This document shows, piece after piece, positions 25,551 to 39,225 of a stretch of 64,000 bases of DNA. The DNA comes from Octopus vulgaris (lineage: Eukaryota), in assembly GCA_951406725.2 (NCBI GenBank), contig OX597817.1:153884001-153948000 (forward strand), given 5' to 3'. The notes beneath the pieces were generated by a model. The model was given only the letters and a program-made list of their open reading frames with translations. It was not told the origin of the DNA and did not search any database. A program made the position numbers and the translations under genes. Each line of letters begins with the position of its first letter. Within the stretch, counting starts at the first letter, position 1.

Positions 25551-26928
25551 ATGTAATTATTTAACCCTTTTGTTCTTAAATTGCACTTTTTTTCGATTTA
25601 GATTTATAACTGTTCTTTCATGATTTACTTAAAGTTTGTCCTTAATTTCTTCTTATCTTCAGTGCAGGTAGTACGGTCGGTACATCAGTTAATAGAATAT
25701 AGCGACTGTATCATTGAGGTTATATATAAATATGTGTGTATATGTGTACAAGATACATTTTCTGGATGATCTGGAACACATCATCAGAGATGTAATCTTG
25801 ATTCATTAGGTGTTCCATATCTTTCAATAACAGTCACTCTTGTCCAGGCAACCAGCCCGGACATGATCACACCTACACTTGTTTCTCATCAGCACCAAAT
25901 TATAGAGCAGCCCTCTTAGTATAAAGATACCCAGAGGCAATTTCTGCAGCTTAGCTTGAAGGTTGAATTATCCTCTTCTTTGCCACCCACGAGAAAAACC
26001 ATCTGACAAGTACAGTTTAATTCAACGTGTAACAATAAAATGCTACATGTTGCAGTTGTTTTCGGATTTGGGAAATGGTATCCCGAATATTAGAACGAAA
26101 TGCTTCTGACAGCATTATTTATAGAAACATGACGATGATAATTGCATATCATAGGAAAACAATAACAATAATTTTGAACGTCTTCAAGCATAATCACCTG
26201 TTATTATGCAACACACTTAAGAGTGAAAACCGGTTAAGAGAAACTGTGTGAAAGCTCATAGCATGAAATATCCTCGTCTTTGAGTGACAGGCCCAAAATT
26301 TTGTCATGTTACACGCTTGTATCTCACTATCGGATGCCTCTAGCGCAGTTTACTAGAATGCAAGCATGTAGGCCAGGTCTATTATCTTGGAACAGCCCTG
26401 GCCCTGCAAACCAGCATTGATGCTACACCTCTTCCTTTCATTCAGCCATAAAATCTCATAAAGCCCTATTATGGAAATATAGTGTCATGGAAAATTATGA
26501 TAATCTTTCACAAGATGAATTGTTACTTGCTACGCTTCTAGAGATACACTAGCAACAGGTTTGTATCGAGTGTCAAGATATAAAAAATATTAAGGAGTAT
26601 TTTCAAGGGCACTTTAAAGAAAGAAATTATTATTATAATTATAAAGAAAGAAATTATTATAAAATTCTCAGCATTCCTTCCTGATATTATTGAAATACGT
26701 TTGAAAGGTTTTTAGTTTTACACTAAAACTTTTTTTAAGCTATATATGTATATATAACATGGCATGAGAAAATATATAGATCACATGTGAAATAGTGATA
26801 CGTTCACAATAAAAATATTGATGTATCATTTATTTTCATAAATATTTCATACATCAGCAAAAGTCACACACACACATACATACATATGTATATATGTGCA
26901 TATATAAACATATGTGCATACAGACATA

Positions 26929-26967
<39 letters not shown>

Positions 26968-26990
26968 AATACACATACACACACACACAA

Positions 26991-27025
<35 letters not shown>

Positions 27026-27078
27026 CGATGTACCCAACATTCATTCGTGCAAACATTTCATTCGTCTTTGTTCTACAG

Positions 27079-27123
27079 TGGGTTCTGGATCATCATCAGG
27101 TTTCGATCCCGAAATCATTAATG
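27079..27123 (+). CDS. Phase-1 micro-exon (VGSGSSSGFDPEIIN)
   Basis: tctttgttctacag| 45 nt |gtaact; paralogous to 24618-24662 while the flanking introns are unrelated. Confidence 0.68.
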
Positions 27124-27225
27124 GTAACTTTCATTTCTTCTTTTTTTCTAAGGTAGCAGGCACTATCACCAGCATGATATTTTCGTGCACACAATCAACA
27201 CAGTCTACTATATTTGCTCTCTCTC

Positions 27226-27321
<96 letters not shown>

Positions 27322-27672
27322 TTCGTTATATGCAACAAGAGCAATATCAGATTATAATAGCGACATGTGTATTAAGCTTAGCAAAAATACATTAACAAAA
27401 GGCAAATTAATTCCGGTATTAAGACGGAGATGGTATCTGTTTTGGACGTATTGTATTTAAAATTTTTTAAAATATGGCAGTAAGAGAGGAAAATCGTTCC
27501 AGTGCGAAGGTGAGAATGCTAAAGCGCATTTCTACCTTGTTTTGGATAGTCAGTAGCACTTTTTCACTGCCCACAGCATGTTTGGACAATCTGTCGCTAT
27601 TGACGTTGGAAAACATCGATTGAAGAATAGCTGGTGTTGCAATTAGTAGCACGGTAATAATGTTGCATATCA

Positions 27673-27763
<91 letters not shown>

Positions 27764-27820
27764 TGTATGTATGTGTGTATGTATGTATGTCTGCGTGTGA
27801 ATGTGTACGTGTATTTGTAT

Positions 27821-28002
27821 CTCTTTTACTCTTTTACACTTTTACTTGTTTCAGTCGTTTGACTATGCCCATGCAGGATTTATTCTTTGTAAGCCTAGTA
27901 CTTATTCTATCGGTTTGTTTTTGCTGAACCACTAAGTTACGGGGACGTAAACACACCAGCAATGTTTGTCAACCGATGTTGAAGGGACAAACATATACAC
28001 AG

Positions 28003-28045
<43 letters not shown>

Positions 28046-28198
28046 TACATATGTACGACGGGCGTCTCTCAGTTTCCGTCTACCAAATCCACTCAGAAGG
28101 CTTTGGTCGGTTCGAGGCTATAGTAAAAGACACTTGCCCAAGGTGTCACGTAGTGGGACTGAACGCGGAAGCATGTGGTTCGTATGCAGGCTACGCCC
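27821..28198 (-). mobile_element. SINE family B (internally deleted)
   Basis: Similar to 9012-9409. Confidence 0.85.
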
Positions 28199-28205
28199 AT
28201 ATATA

Positions 28206-28301
<96 letters not shown>

Positions 28302-28484
28302 GAATTAAATTGATCCGCTATTTACTGCTTTTGGTGTGTGTGGGGAGGGGGGGCTGCAATCGCCTATATTATTTGATTCTGTTATTATCATTTTTTAAAA
28401 CAGTTAGTGGATCATAACAGAATTAGTGATATCTTCGCAAATTAATGTTTCGTGAGTTATTTTATACGTGAATTATTTGCTCCT

Positions 28485-28541
<57 letters not shown>

Positions 28542-28856
28542 GGTGCTCCTGCATGGACGCAGTCAGACAACTGTAAGAAATAAAAGTAAAAGAATATATA
28601 TATATGTTATATAAATAGATATACACACACAAACATACAAACATACATGTAGATATACATGTGTATGTGTGTGTTTGTGTGTGTGTGAGTGTGTGAATAT
28701 AATGATTAATTTTATTTTATGCATGTTATATTTCTAATTAATGTGTGTGTTTAGATATAATCCATTGCATTCTTCGTTCGTGTGTGTAAACTGCATCTCT
28801 TTTCCCATACTCATTTTTAAATATATATATATATATATATATATACATACATGTAC

Positions 28857-28903
<47 letters not shown>

Positions 28904-29138
28904 TATATGTATATATATATACATATATATACCTACCTGCTTACCTACCTACATGCATAATTACATACATTCATACATACATGCATACATGCATACGTAC
29001 ATGCATACATACATATATGTATACATAATACATATATGGTACATTTATACGTACACTCACATCCATTATTTACACGTAAATACTTATATAAATACATGTA
29101 TATCATTACCTTTATATGTACCTACTTATTGATCTGCA

Positions 29139-29277
<139 letters not shown>

Positions 29278-29334
29278 GTGTGTGTGTCTGTGTGTGTATA
29301 TATATATATGTATATATAGATATATTCATATATA

Positions 29335-29455
29335 TTCCGGCGAATTCGACTCTGCCTTTCATCCTTTCGGAGTCGATAAATTAAGTACCAGTTTAGTACT
29401 GGGGTCGATGTAACCGACTATCCCTCTTCCCCAGATTCCAGAACTTGTGCCTATT
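29335..29455 (+). mobile_element. SINE family A 3' fragment
   Basis: GACTCTGCCTTTCATCCTTTCGGAGTCGATAAATTAAGTACCAG core. Confidence 0.75.
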
Positions 29456-30330
29456 GCTTGCTTTAACAAATAATATTTTTATCATTATCAAAATTAATTA
29501 AGTGTATAACATGCACCCAGCTTCACACAATACTTGAAATAACCTCTTGTCTATTGTTTTTTGTTGAAGAATTTCTTGAATTCTGAGGTTAAAATTCATT
29601 GATTTATTATCATTTCTAAAATATAACCACGAAACACGTGTCGTTATTCTACCAAATATATACATTTTATTTACTATTTTGCACATTACTTAATCATTGT
29701 TATATATTTTATCTTATATTTAGTCTTTCTATAATATGTAATTTTTCTAAATGGTATAATTTATTTTTTCATTATTGAATTGAAAACAGGTTGTTTTTTC
29801 TAATGTATATATATATATATATATATACGCATACATACACACGCACACACATACAGAGACAATTCACAGATATACATATTTATAGTTTATTTATTTCAGA
29901 AAAAGGTGTATGATTTAGAATATATGCATGGTTTAGAATTAATATTGCATGCACGCTTTTCATTAAATAATCACATCACACATTTTTTTATAAAGTTCTG
30001 AAAAGAAAAAAAATCTACATTCTCTCTTCAACATGTACTTCCGCTTTATCACTTTATTCATATGTATATACGCATATATGTACACAGACACAGACACACA
30101 TACAAACACACACACATTTTGATTCATATTTGATGTTTCTAATGATGGTATCTGCTAATTGATTCCTTCCCTTTTTCTAGTTATATGTACTAATTATCAA
30201 TGCTGCTTTCGTCATATCGCAGAAATTTATCTAGAGAAAAAAACTGGGGAAGTTTTGACGTGAAAATATATTTGACATTCAAAACAACATAATACCAAAA
30301 CAAGGCTCAGCGAGTAGCATTCGTTTATAT

Positions 30331-30439
30331 TTGTATGTATGTATGTATGTATGTATGTATGTATGTATGTATGTATGTATGTATGTATGTATGTATGTAT
30401 GTATGTACGTATGTATGTATGTATGTATGTATGTATGTA

Positions 30440-30470
<31 letters not shown>

Positions 30471-30697
30471 ATGTATGTATGTATGTATGTGTGTGTGTAT
30501 GTATGTGTGTATGTATGTGTGTGTGTGTATGTATGTATGTATACGTAAGTATGCATGTATATATGTATATATATATATATATGTATATGTATATATATGT
30601 ATATGTATATACATATATATATGTATATGTATATATGTATGTATATCTATATAGATATATGTATGTATATATATATATATATATATATAAGTATATG

Positions 30698-30729
<32 letters not shown>

Positions 30730-30955
30730 AATATGTACATACATATGTAATACACATGTATATGTGTGTATATATACATATGCAATACAATTATTTATAT
30801 ATGTATATATAGATATATACATACGTAATGTATCACACATATATATATATATACATTATACACTGGTACATTCAAACACACACACACTCTTCACACAAGC
30901 GCAAGCACACCCAAGAACACACACACACACACACACACATCTATCTATCTCTCTC

Positions 30956-31011
<56 letters not shown>

Positions 31012-31044
31012 GAGATAGATAGATATATAGATAGAAAGATTGAT

Positions 31045-31131
<87 letters not shown>
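30331..31131. repeat. Compound (TATG)n/(TA)n/(CA)n/(GATA)n microsatellite block
   Basis: Directly visible. Confidence 0.9.
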
Positions 31132-31284
31132 CCGATTGATATAATAACAATAATAAAATTCTGTCCTCAACATTTATATAAATACGTCGAATAATAACAA
31201 ATTGTATTATACTGACATATTCGCTATTTAAACTTACATTTGGAGAACAAAATGTGTCAAGATTATTGTTTTATGTTGAACTTA

Positions 31285-31795
31285 TCTTTTCTACTCTAGG
31301 CACAAAGCCCGAAATTTTAGGAAGAGGGCAGTCGATTAGATCGACCTACGTACGCAACTGATACTTAATTTATCGACCCCGAAAGGATGATAGGCAAAGT
31401 CGACCTCGGCGGAATTTGAACTCAGAACGTAGCGGCAGATGAAATGGCTATTTCTTTACAAGGGGCTAAACACAGAGAGGATAAACAAGGACAGACAAAC
31501 GGATTAAGTCGATTATATCGACCCCAGTGCGTAACTGGTACTTATATAATCGACCCCGAAAGGATGAAAGGCAAAGTCGACCTCGGCGGAATTTTAACTT
31601 AGAACGTAACGGCAGACAATTGGTTATACACCATCTCATAAAACTTTGAGGTCTTGTGCGGCAATGTGTGGGTTGATAAAAGGCAGTGGATCGGCAGAAT
31701 CATAGAGAGTCGGAAAAATGCAGATGAAATATCGGCAGATGAAATACCGCTAAGTATTTCGCCCGGCGTGCTAACGTTTCTACCAGTTCGCCACC
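31285..31795 (-). mobile_element. SINE family A with duplicated body and an internal interruption
   Basis: Two core blocks; TSD TTATGTTGAACT at 31271-31282 and 31796-31807. Confidence 0.85.
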
Positions 31796-32647
31796 TTATG
31801 TTGAACTAACGCTTACTGAAGTAACAAAACAAACCATTTAATATATTTTACAATGTTTATTGTCAATCAAACAATATTCCATTCAGCTCACACAAATTTG
31901 GTACGTGGGCAGTGTGATCTTCGTAAATAGAGCTATCATTCAATGTGTAATTATTATATCATATGACGGTTATGCTTTTCCTAACATCATTAATGAATTA
32001 AATGAAGAGAAAGATGTAACGCAAATAGAAATAGAAATAGAAATTGAGCTACGAGTTCTTTTGTAGTGTATGACCTTATAATACACAACAACAGCTTCGT
32101 CAAAATACTTTCGTTACAAGCTACACACCATGAAGAGATGCACAAATAGCTGTTGTGGAACAAAGAAAGAAACAATGACAGATATAAGGAAAGACAGATA
32201 GACGCATATGCGAAAAGAAACAAACAACTCAATCAGTCCACATTAAATAACTTCTACGTTGATAATCAGTGATGTAACCTAATTGAAAACGGGAACCAGC
32301 CATGAAATCTCATTTTATCCCTTTTTCTCGTAAGATGCACAAGAAAACAATAGTTCATTAAGGAGAGTATTCTTTGATTCTTTTATTTGTTTCAGTCATT
32401 TGACTGCAGCCATGATGGAGCACCACTTTTAATCGAACCTATCGACCCCAGGACTTATCCTTTGTAAGCCTAGTACTTACTTTATCGGTGTCTTTTTCCG
32501 AACCACTAAGTTACGGGAGACGTAAACACAGCAGCATCGGTTGTCAATCGATGGTATTGGAACACATACAGATGCACAAATATATACATACATACATACA
32601 TACAAAAATACATACATAGATGCATATATATATATATATGTATATAC

Positions 32648-32678
<31 letters not shown>

Positions 32679-32683
32679 CATAC

Positions 32684-32736
<53 letters not shown>

Positions 32737-32802
32737 GGTCCCGGGTTGATTCGGGGTTAACCACAGTAAATAAGGTACTCAATACATAGCAGAGTAAAAT
32801 TA

Positions 32803-33450
32803 ATTTATTATATAGAAGGAGCTTCTACAGGACTAGAACTGTTTCATTCAAGAGAAATCTTCAGGAAGCTAGTTAACAAGAATTGTATTGGCATTTATAC
32901 ATTTAGGGAGGTTTAAAGGGGTGGTGGTGGGGGACTTTTTGGGGGTAGGCATAGCGCAAAATATCATACTTGGGGGAGTGGTCAAGGAGTCAGTGGTAAA
33001 TTAGATAAAAGAATAAATAAAAGAATAAAAAAATAAAGAATAGAGTTTTAGGTAAATAAGGAGATTCTCACTTATACCTATACACATATGTATACATATA
33101 TACACACACACACACACATATATACATACACACATACATACACACACACACATATACATATATATACACATACACATACATACACATATCTACACATACA
33201 CATATATATATATATATATATATATAGATATATATAATAGATAATGGCCTAGTGGTTAGGGCAGCGGACTTGCGGTCGGATGATCGCGGTTTCGATTCCC
33301 AGACCGGGCGTTGTGTGTGTTTATTGAGCGAAAAAAACACCTAAAAGCTCCACGAGGCTCCGGCAGGAGGTGGTGATCCCTGCTGTACTCTTTCACCACT
33401 CTAAAGGCGGTGCTCCAGCATGGCCGCAGTCAAATGACTGAAACAAGTAC

Positions 33451-33481
<31 letters not shown>

Positions 33482-33916
33482 TATATAGATATATATAATA
33501 GATATATATATATATATATATATGTGTATGTGTAGATATGTGTATGTATGTGTATGTGTATATATATGTATATGTGTGTGTGTGTATGTATGTGTGTATG
33601 TATATATGTGTGTGTGTGTGTGTATATATGTATACATATGTGTATAGGTATAAGTGAGAATCTCCTTATTTACCTAAAACTCTATTCTTTATTTTTTTAT
33701 TCTTTTATTTATTCTTTTATCTAATTTACCACTGACTCCTTGACCACTCCCCCAAGTATGATATTTTGCGCTATGCCTACCCCCAAAAAGTCCCCCACCA
33801 CCACCCCTTTAAACCTGCCTAAATGTATAAATGCCAATACAATTCTTGTTAACTAGCTTCCTGAAGATTTCTCTTGAATGAAACAGTTCTAGTCCTGTAG
33901 AAGCTCCTTCTATATA

Positions 33917-33922
<6 letters not shown>
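32803..33922. repeat. Long near-perfect inverted repeat (arms about 415 bp)
   Basis: 32803-33215 is the reverse complement of about 33505-33922, including the microsatellite portion. CTGAAGA..GAAAC motif at 33861-33884. Confidence 0.9.
33244..33477 (+). mobile_element. Chimeric SINE (family C head + family B tail + poly-A)
   Basis: C head to about 33400, then CTAAAGGCGGTGCTCCAGCATGG..AAACAAGTA and an A27 run. TSD TATATATAGATATATATAATAGATA on both sides. Confidence 0.8.
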
Positions 33923-33960
<38 letters not shown>

Positions 33961-34391
33961 GTAAGACGGGCTTCTTTCAGATACCATCTACGAAATCCAC
34001 TCACAACGCTTTGGTCGGCCCGAGACTATAGTAGAAGACACTTGCCCAAGGTGCTACGCAGTGGGACTGAACCCGGAAGCATGTGGTTGGGAAACAAGCT
34101 TCTTACCACTCATCCACTTGATTGGAGAAAAAGGATAGGCGTTTTAACAACAGCTGAGCTCGGCTTTTACTAGCTGTAAGATATTTTCGGTGCAGAATAT
34201 ATTGAAGATACGGGTAGTTTGTTTCACAAAGCATCTATGCTCCAAATGGTTAAGAAATCGTGATAATGTCTGCTGTTTCTTGCTAATAATAATTGATAAT
34301 TAAAAGACAGGGATGAGTAGTATATTCGAACTTTTAGTGTATTCATTTGAAACAGCTGGTGGATTAATTTTCTCTCTTTCTTTCCTCTCTC

Positions 34392-34437
<46 letters not shown>

Positions 34438-34499
34438 CACACACGCACAGACATCCATACAAAAATACGTACATATATATGAAAGTATTTATGTACATA

Positions 34500-34768
34500 T
34501 GTGTATGTCTATGTATGTATGTATGTATGTATGTATGTATGTATGTGTGTGTGTATGTATGTTTGCATGTATGTATGTATGTATGTATGCATGTATGTAT
34601 GTATGCATGCATGTATGTATGTATGTATGTATGTATGTATGTATGTATGTATGTAGGTATGTATGTATGTATGTATGTAGGTATGTATGTATTTATGTAT
34701 GTATGTATGTATGTATGTATGCATGCATGTATGTATGTATGCATGTATGTATGTATGTATGTATGTAT
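34500..34768. repeat. (TATG)n microsatellite
   Basis: Directly visible. Confidence 0.95.
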
Positions 34769-35220
34769 TGATCAGTTCAATACTTTAATTTTCAATTAAA
34801 GATATCAATAATATATTTAGCATTTATCAGAAATTTCTACCATTCTGATTTTCATATTATTCAGTTTGCTTTATATGCAATCTTTGTTTGAACTGAAAGC
34901 TAATTAACATTCCAGCAAAATATACTCAAGTTTGAAACCATCTCATAAAAAAAAAATGTCGATTAAAAGAATTATAAATACGCAAGTTGTTATTTAATTA
35001 AATATATTTTTTTACCGCTATTAATAACCTTTAATGCTTTTTCAATGACTTACTTATTATTAAACTCTAATGCTTTTGAGATAAACAATAACTGTAGACT
35101 TCATGTCTTGCAATAGGTCAATAAGAACATTCGTTTTGTCAAACCGTTGTTCATATCGCCGTTGACAACAGAACCAGATGGTGACGTGGTAATTGTTTAG
35201 TAGTAATGTTTTATTATGTA

Positions 35221-35615
35221 CTAACTGTATCGCCCGGCGTTGCTCGGGTTTGTTTCGACCATTTAGAATTGGAATTTTTGAAAAGTAAAAATTTTGCATT
35301 ATGTAGCTTGTTATTCTTTTTTAGTGAACTTTTTTTTCTGGTTGAAATACACCGAAAAATGGCGACACAGCAGTCAAAAAATCATAAAAAAAGGGATTTT
35401 CATAGAAAAAGAAAGCACCTTTTTGATGTAAATAATTTTTAGTGTTAACATGGTCCGATTTGAATTTTTTCTTCTACGGACGGAAGAGCAAGCCTTCTTC
35501 TATCATACTCTCAATTTTGGTCAACTTGCACCGCAGGGTCTTGGAGGAGATAGTGTTAGTTGAAGGCTACCAAACCTGCCATACACAGACAACTTCAGCT
35601 TTATATATAGAGAGA
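35221..35615 (-). mobile_element. Non-autonomous Helitron-like element (second subfamily)
   Basis: - strand starts TCTCTCTATATATAAAGCTGAAGTTG and ends CCCGAGCAACGCCGGGCGATACAGTTAG. Confidence 0.7.
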
Positions 35616-36961
35616 TTGTTTCAAGCTAATCCTATCAAACGAAAAGAGGTGCTGTGTAATAATTTACCGTTGCTGCACTTGATGTAGAAGTTATCCGGGC
35701 ACAAAGCCACTGTTGACTTCACGTAACATTGATATATAAATAATTTATTAACGCGCTCAAAACCGAAACAAAAGAAAAACAAGCATATGAAAAGCATTTC
35801 CAATCTTATCGAATTGTCTCAGATTATGTGCAGACAATTCGTGAGGCATACGCACCTACTAGTGATAATTAATAAACATATCACTTGAAGAGTTGTTGTG
35901 TGGAAGCCCCCAGACGATGAAGTAGGCTAGCCCAATACGTAGATATAGAGGGAGAAGCCGAGACATCAAGACTAGCACAGTCGAGTAGCAGACAGAGTAG
36001 ACTAGAACAGAGTAGTAGAGTAGTAGAGGCACCCGAACGTGCGACATAACAAGAGTATAGATGTATTACGCCTGGGTACGATGGCAATGAATAGCAGGGA
36101 AGACTTCAAGTCGATATGGTCTACCTTTTATATACCTACTTACTGGACCCATGCCGTCAAAAATGATGGCCAATTGTAGTATTTTATATGTAAATATGGA
36201 TGGTAAATCAAATTAATACACTTGTCAGTGTTAGCATACATTCACATATGTATACGCACGCACACACACACACACAAACATATACTCAGACAGAGTTGAA
36301 ACGCCGTTTGATTGAAACGCCGTTGAATGTTCACCATCCTACCAGTTTTCCATCACCCCTTCCTTCCTTATTCATCTATCGCCCTTTCTTTTCTCATTCA
36401 TATGTTGTGACGGAGAAAAACACAAGAGTTTTATTATAGTAAATAGAGAAGAGCGCTGAGAATCAAGCGATCAGCCGAAATGCACAAGGAAAACAAAAAT
36501 TGATGGGAAATCTAGGTTATAATCTGAGAAATCTAGGGCTATTCACTGGTACTTCAATAACATTGTCGATATGGTGTACCCCTTTCATGTACCTCTGCAG
36601 AGGAGCACTAAGAATTAAGTGAGCAGCCGAAATATACAAAGAAAACAAAAGTTGATGGTAAATCTAGGGCTACGTACTGGTACGTCAATAAGATTGTCAT
36701 TTAAATATGTTACTCCTATAAATCTATTCATAGGCAGTCGAATTTATGTTATCGACTTGGAAGAATTGAGAGAAGCTAGCAATATACTTATCGTGGCAAG
36801 GGTGGTAAAGTGGCAAAAGCAACAGGATAAATGCCTCTAGTCTTTTAGTTTAAGTACTGCCAAACGAACATTTTCTTTGTCTATACATCTTTCAGTGAGA
36901 TGAATAACAGTAACATATTGCGTCGAATTATACAATTGTAAAAATAGTGAATCTTCTCGTC

Positions 36962-37260
36962 GCCTTTTTTCAAGCCTAGCCAGGCTCAAGGGCTCGGTTT
37001 CCCGGTTTCTGTGGCGTATGTGTTCCCCACCAGCTGGACGGGACACCAGTCCATCGCAGCGTTACTCAAGAAACAGGAAGAGAGAGTGAGAGAAAGTTGT
37101 GGTGAAAGAGTACAACAGGGGTCGCCACCACCCCCTGCCGGAGCCTCGTGAAGCTTTTTAGGTGTTTTTGCTCAATAAACACACACAACGCCCGGTCTGG
37201 GAATCGAAACCACGATCCTTCGACCGAGAGTCCGCTACCCTAACAACTGGGCCATTGGGC
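36962..37260 (-). mobile_element. SINE family C (tail type 1)
   Basis: Similar to 1828-2146. Confidence 0.9.
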
Positions 37261-37576
37261 CCCCGAAAAAAAAAAGTAGTGAATGAACATGTATTATTAA
37301 AGTTAGGGTTTAAAATAAAGGCAAAATACTGGAACCCGTAAATATAACAAACTATCAATTAACTATTGGCTTTTCTATTTGGACATGACAGGTTCTTTAA
37401 TATCGATGAGTGTGTGTGTGTGTGTTACACGCGTATGTAAGCAATGTATGTAAGCATACATGATTATGCATGTATAATGTATAAATATACCTTTTGCATA
37501 TATGTATATATATGCGTATATAAATTTGTCTATATCTATGTATCACTTTATTCATCTGTCTGTCTTTCTGTCTCTC

Positions 37577-37637
<61 letters not shown>

Positions 37638-37957
37638 AATCCAAACGGGAAACAAAAAACAACAACAATGGGACAATTACATTATTATTATTAATAGGCG
37701 CTCAGGAAATGGAAGCAGGGATATATATATACATATACATATATATATACATACATATACACACACATATACATACATACATACATGCATACATACATAC
37801 ATACATACATACATACATACATACATACATACATACATACATACATACATACATACATACATACATACATACATACAAACATACATACATACAGCTCAAT
37901 GTTCCATGTTTGCTGTGTAGATTCTAGATATAATTTTGTTTTGTTTTTATTGAACAG

Positions 37958-38005
37958 TAACTGATGTGAGCGATTACATCGACATGGACGTCAGTGAAGA
38001 ACCGG
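37958..38005 (+). CDS. Phase-1 micro-exon (VTDVSDYIDMDVSEEP)
   Basis: ttgtttttattgaacag| 48 nt open |gtaaag; acidic like the preceding exons; joins in frame to 43871. Confidence 0.62.
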
Positions 38006-39029
38006 GTAAAGCTAATTTATTCTTTATATCTTTCAGAATGATTGCATGGAATGGCCATCAGCAGTCTCTGAAGCGGATATCGAATTATTATCAAACCCAA
38101 GAATTAATTGCAGTTTTACTAAATGTCTCTCATTGTTTACATTTCCCTCCCTGCAATATGAAACCCATATTCCTTCAAAAAACACATCTAATCATTTCTA
38201 TTTACGATTTTGTATTTTATTTAATTTTCATCCTTTACTATTTCATTAATTATTATCCATTCCTTCCTGCCTTCTTTCCATTTTCTCGTCTCTAATTTCC
38301 TTTGCTTTTTCTCTTCTCCTTATGTACATATTACATAGAGATAGCACAGAATGACTAAATGGTTAAATAGTTTGCTTGACAGCCACTAGATCCCGGTTTC
38401 AATATCATTGAGTGGCATATTAGTCAAATGCCATTTTCGTTAGTCCCGACCTATAACTTGTGAGTGAAATTTTGGAGATGGAACTATGTAAAGGCCCATC
38501 GGTTACATTATACTTGTAATTCGAAAATTACAGATTCGTCCTTCGTGTCACATGACACTGATTCTGCTTAGGAATGACGTTTAGGGGACACGCAGTGGAA
38601 TGCTCAGCCATGAATATGTAAATTCAGGAGCGGACACTTCAGATGATTGAGCGACTGGATCTTCAAAACGCAGAGATCCAACACCACTTACAGATGGTAT
38701 TACATTTCTAACAGAAAGCAAAGAATAACTAATATTTGCATTTCTTATAAAGAAATATTGCCAGAAGTGCTTCAATAGCTTATCGTAAATCAAAAAATGT
38801 GTCTTCAAGAGAAGAATCATATAATGCTTTATTTTATAGTAGTAATAGTAATAGCAATAGTAGTCCGGTAAGAAATGAAGAAGATATAGGTAGCATATAC
38901 AATAGTTTGTTCTTAAAAAAACTAAATGATAAATCAAATGCTACAAACAGTTATTGTTTAGATACAGATCAGAATTCATTGAGCAGGAATATATCATTAA
39001 ATTCGCTTCTTTTTTTATATCAGAAACTT

Positions 39030-39225
39030 TCTTAGCTGGTAGAAACATTAGCACGCCGGGCTAAATGCTAAGCGGTATTTTGTCTGTCTTCACGTTCTGA
39101 ATTTGCGTTTCATCCTTTCAGGGTCGATAAATTTAGTACCAGCTGCGTACTGGGGTCGATTTAATCGACTGCTGCCTAAAAAAAGAAAGAAAAAATTTCG
39201 GGCCTTGTGCCTAGAGTAGAAAAGA
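39030..39225 (+). mobile_element. SINE family A
   Basis: Family-A head and core. Confidence 0.8.

Larger units (their letters stand above)
32376..34116 (-). mobile_element. SINE family B split by nested insertions (3' half 32376-32575, 5' half 33955-34116)
   Basis: Both halves are on the - strand, in the correct order, and are broken at the family's internal TA microsatellite. Confidence 0.7.

Noticed and set aside
25663-25718. Possible third copy of the 45-nt exon (shares CATCAG and ATCATTGA)
   Set aside because: Similarity too short, and the phase or stops are incompatible
34196-34213. 18-nt phase-1 acidic micro-exon candidate (EYIEDT)
   Set aside because: Weak donor (gtagtt) and a short pyrimidine tract; plausible but not supportable without reads
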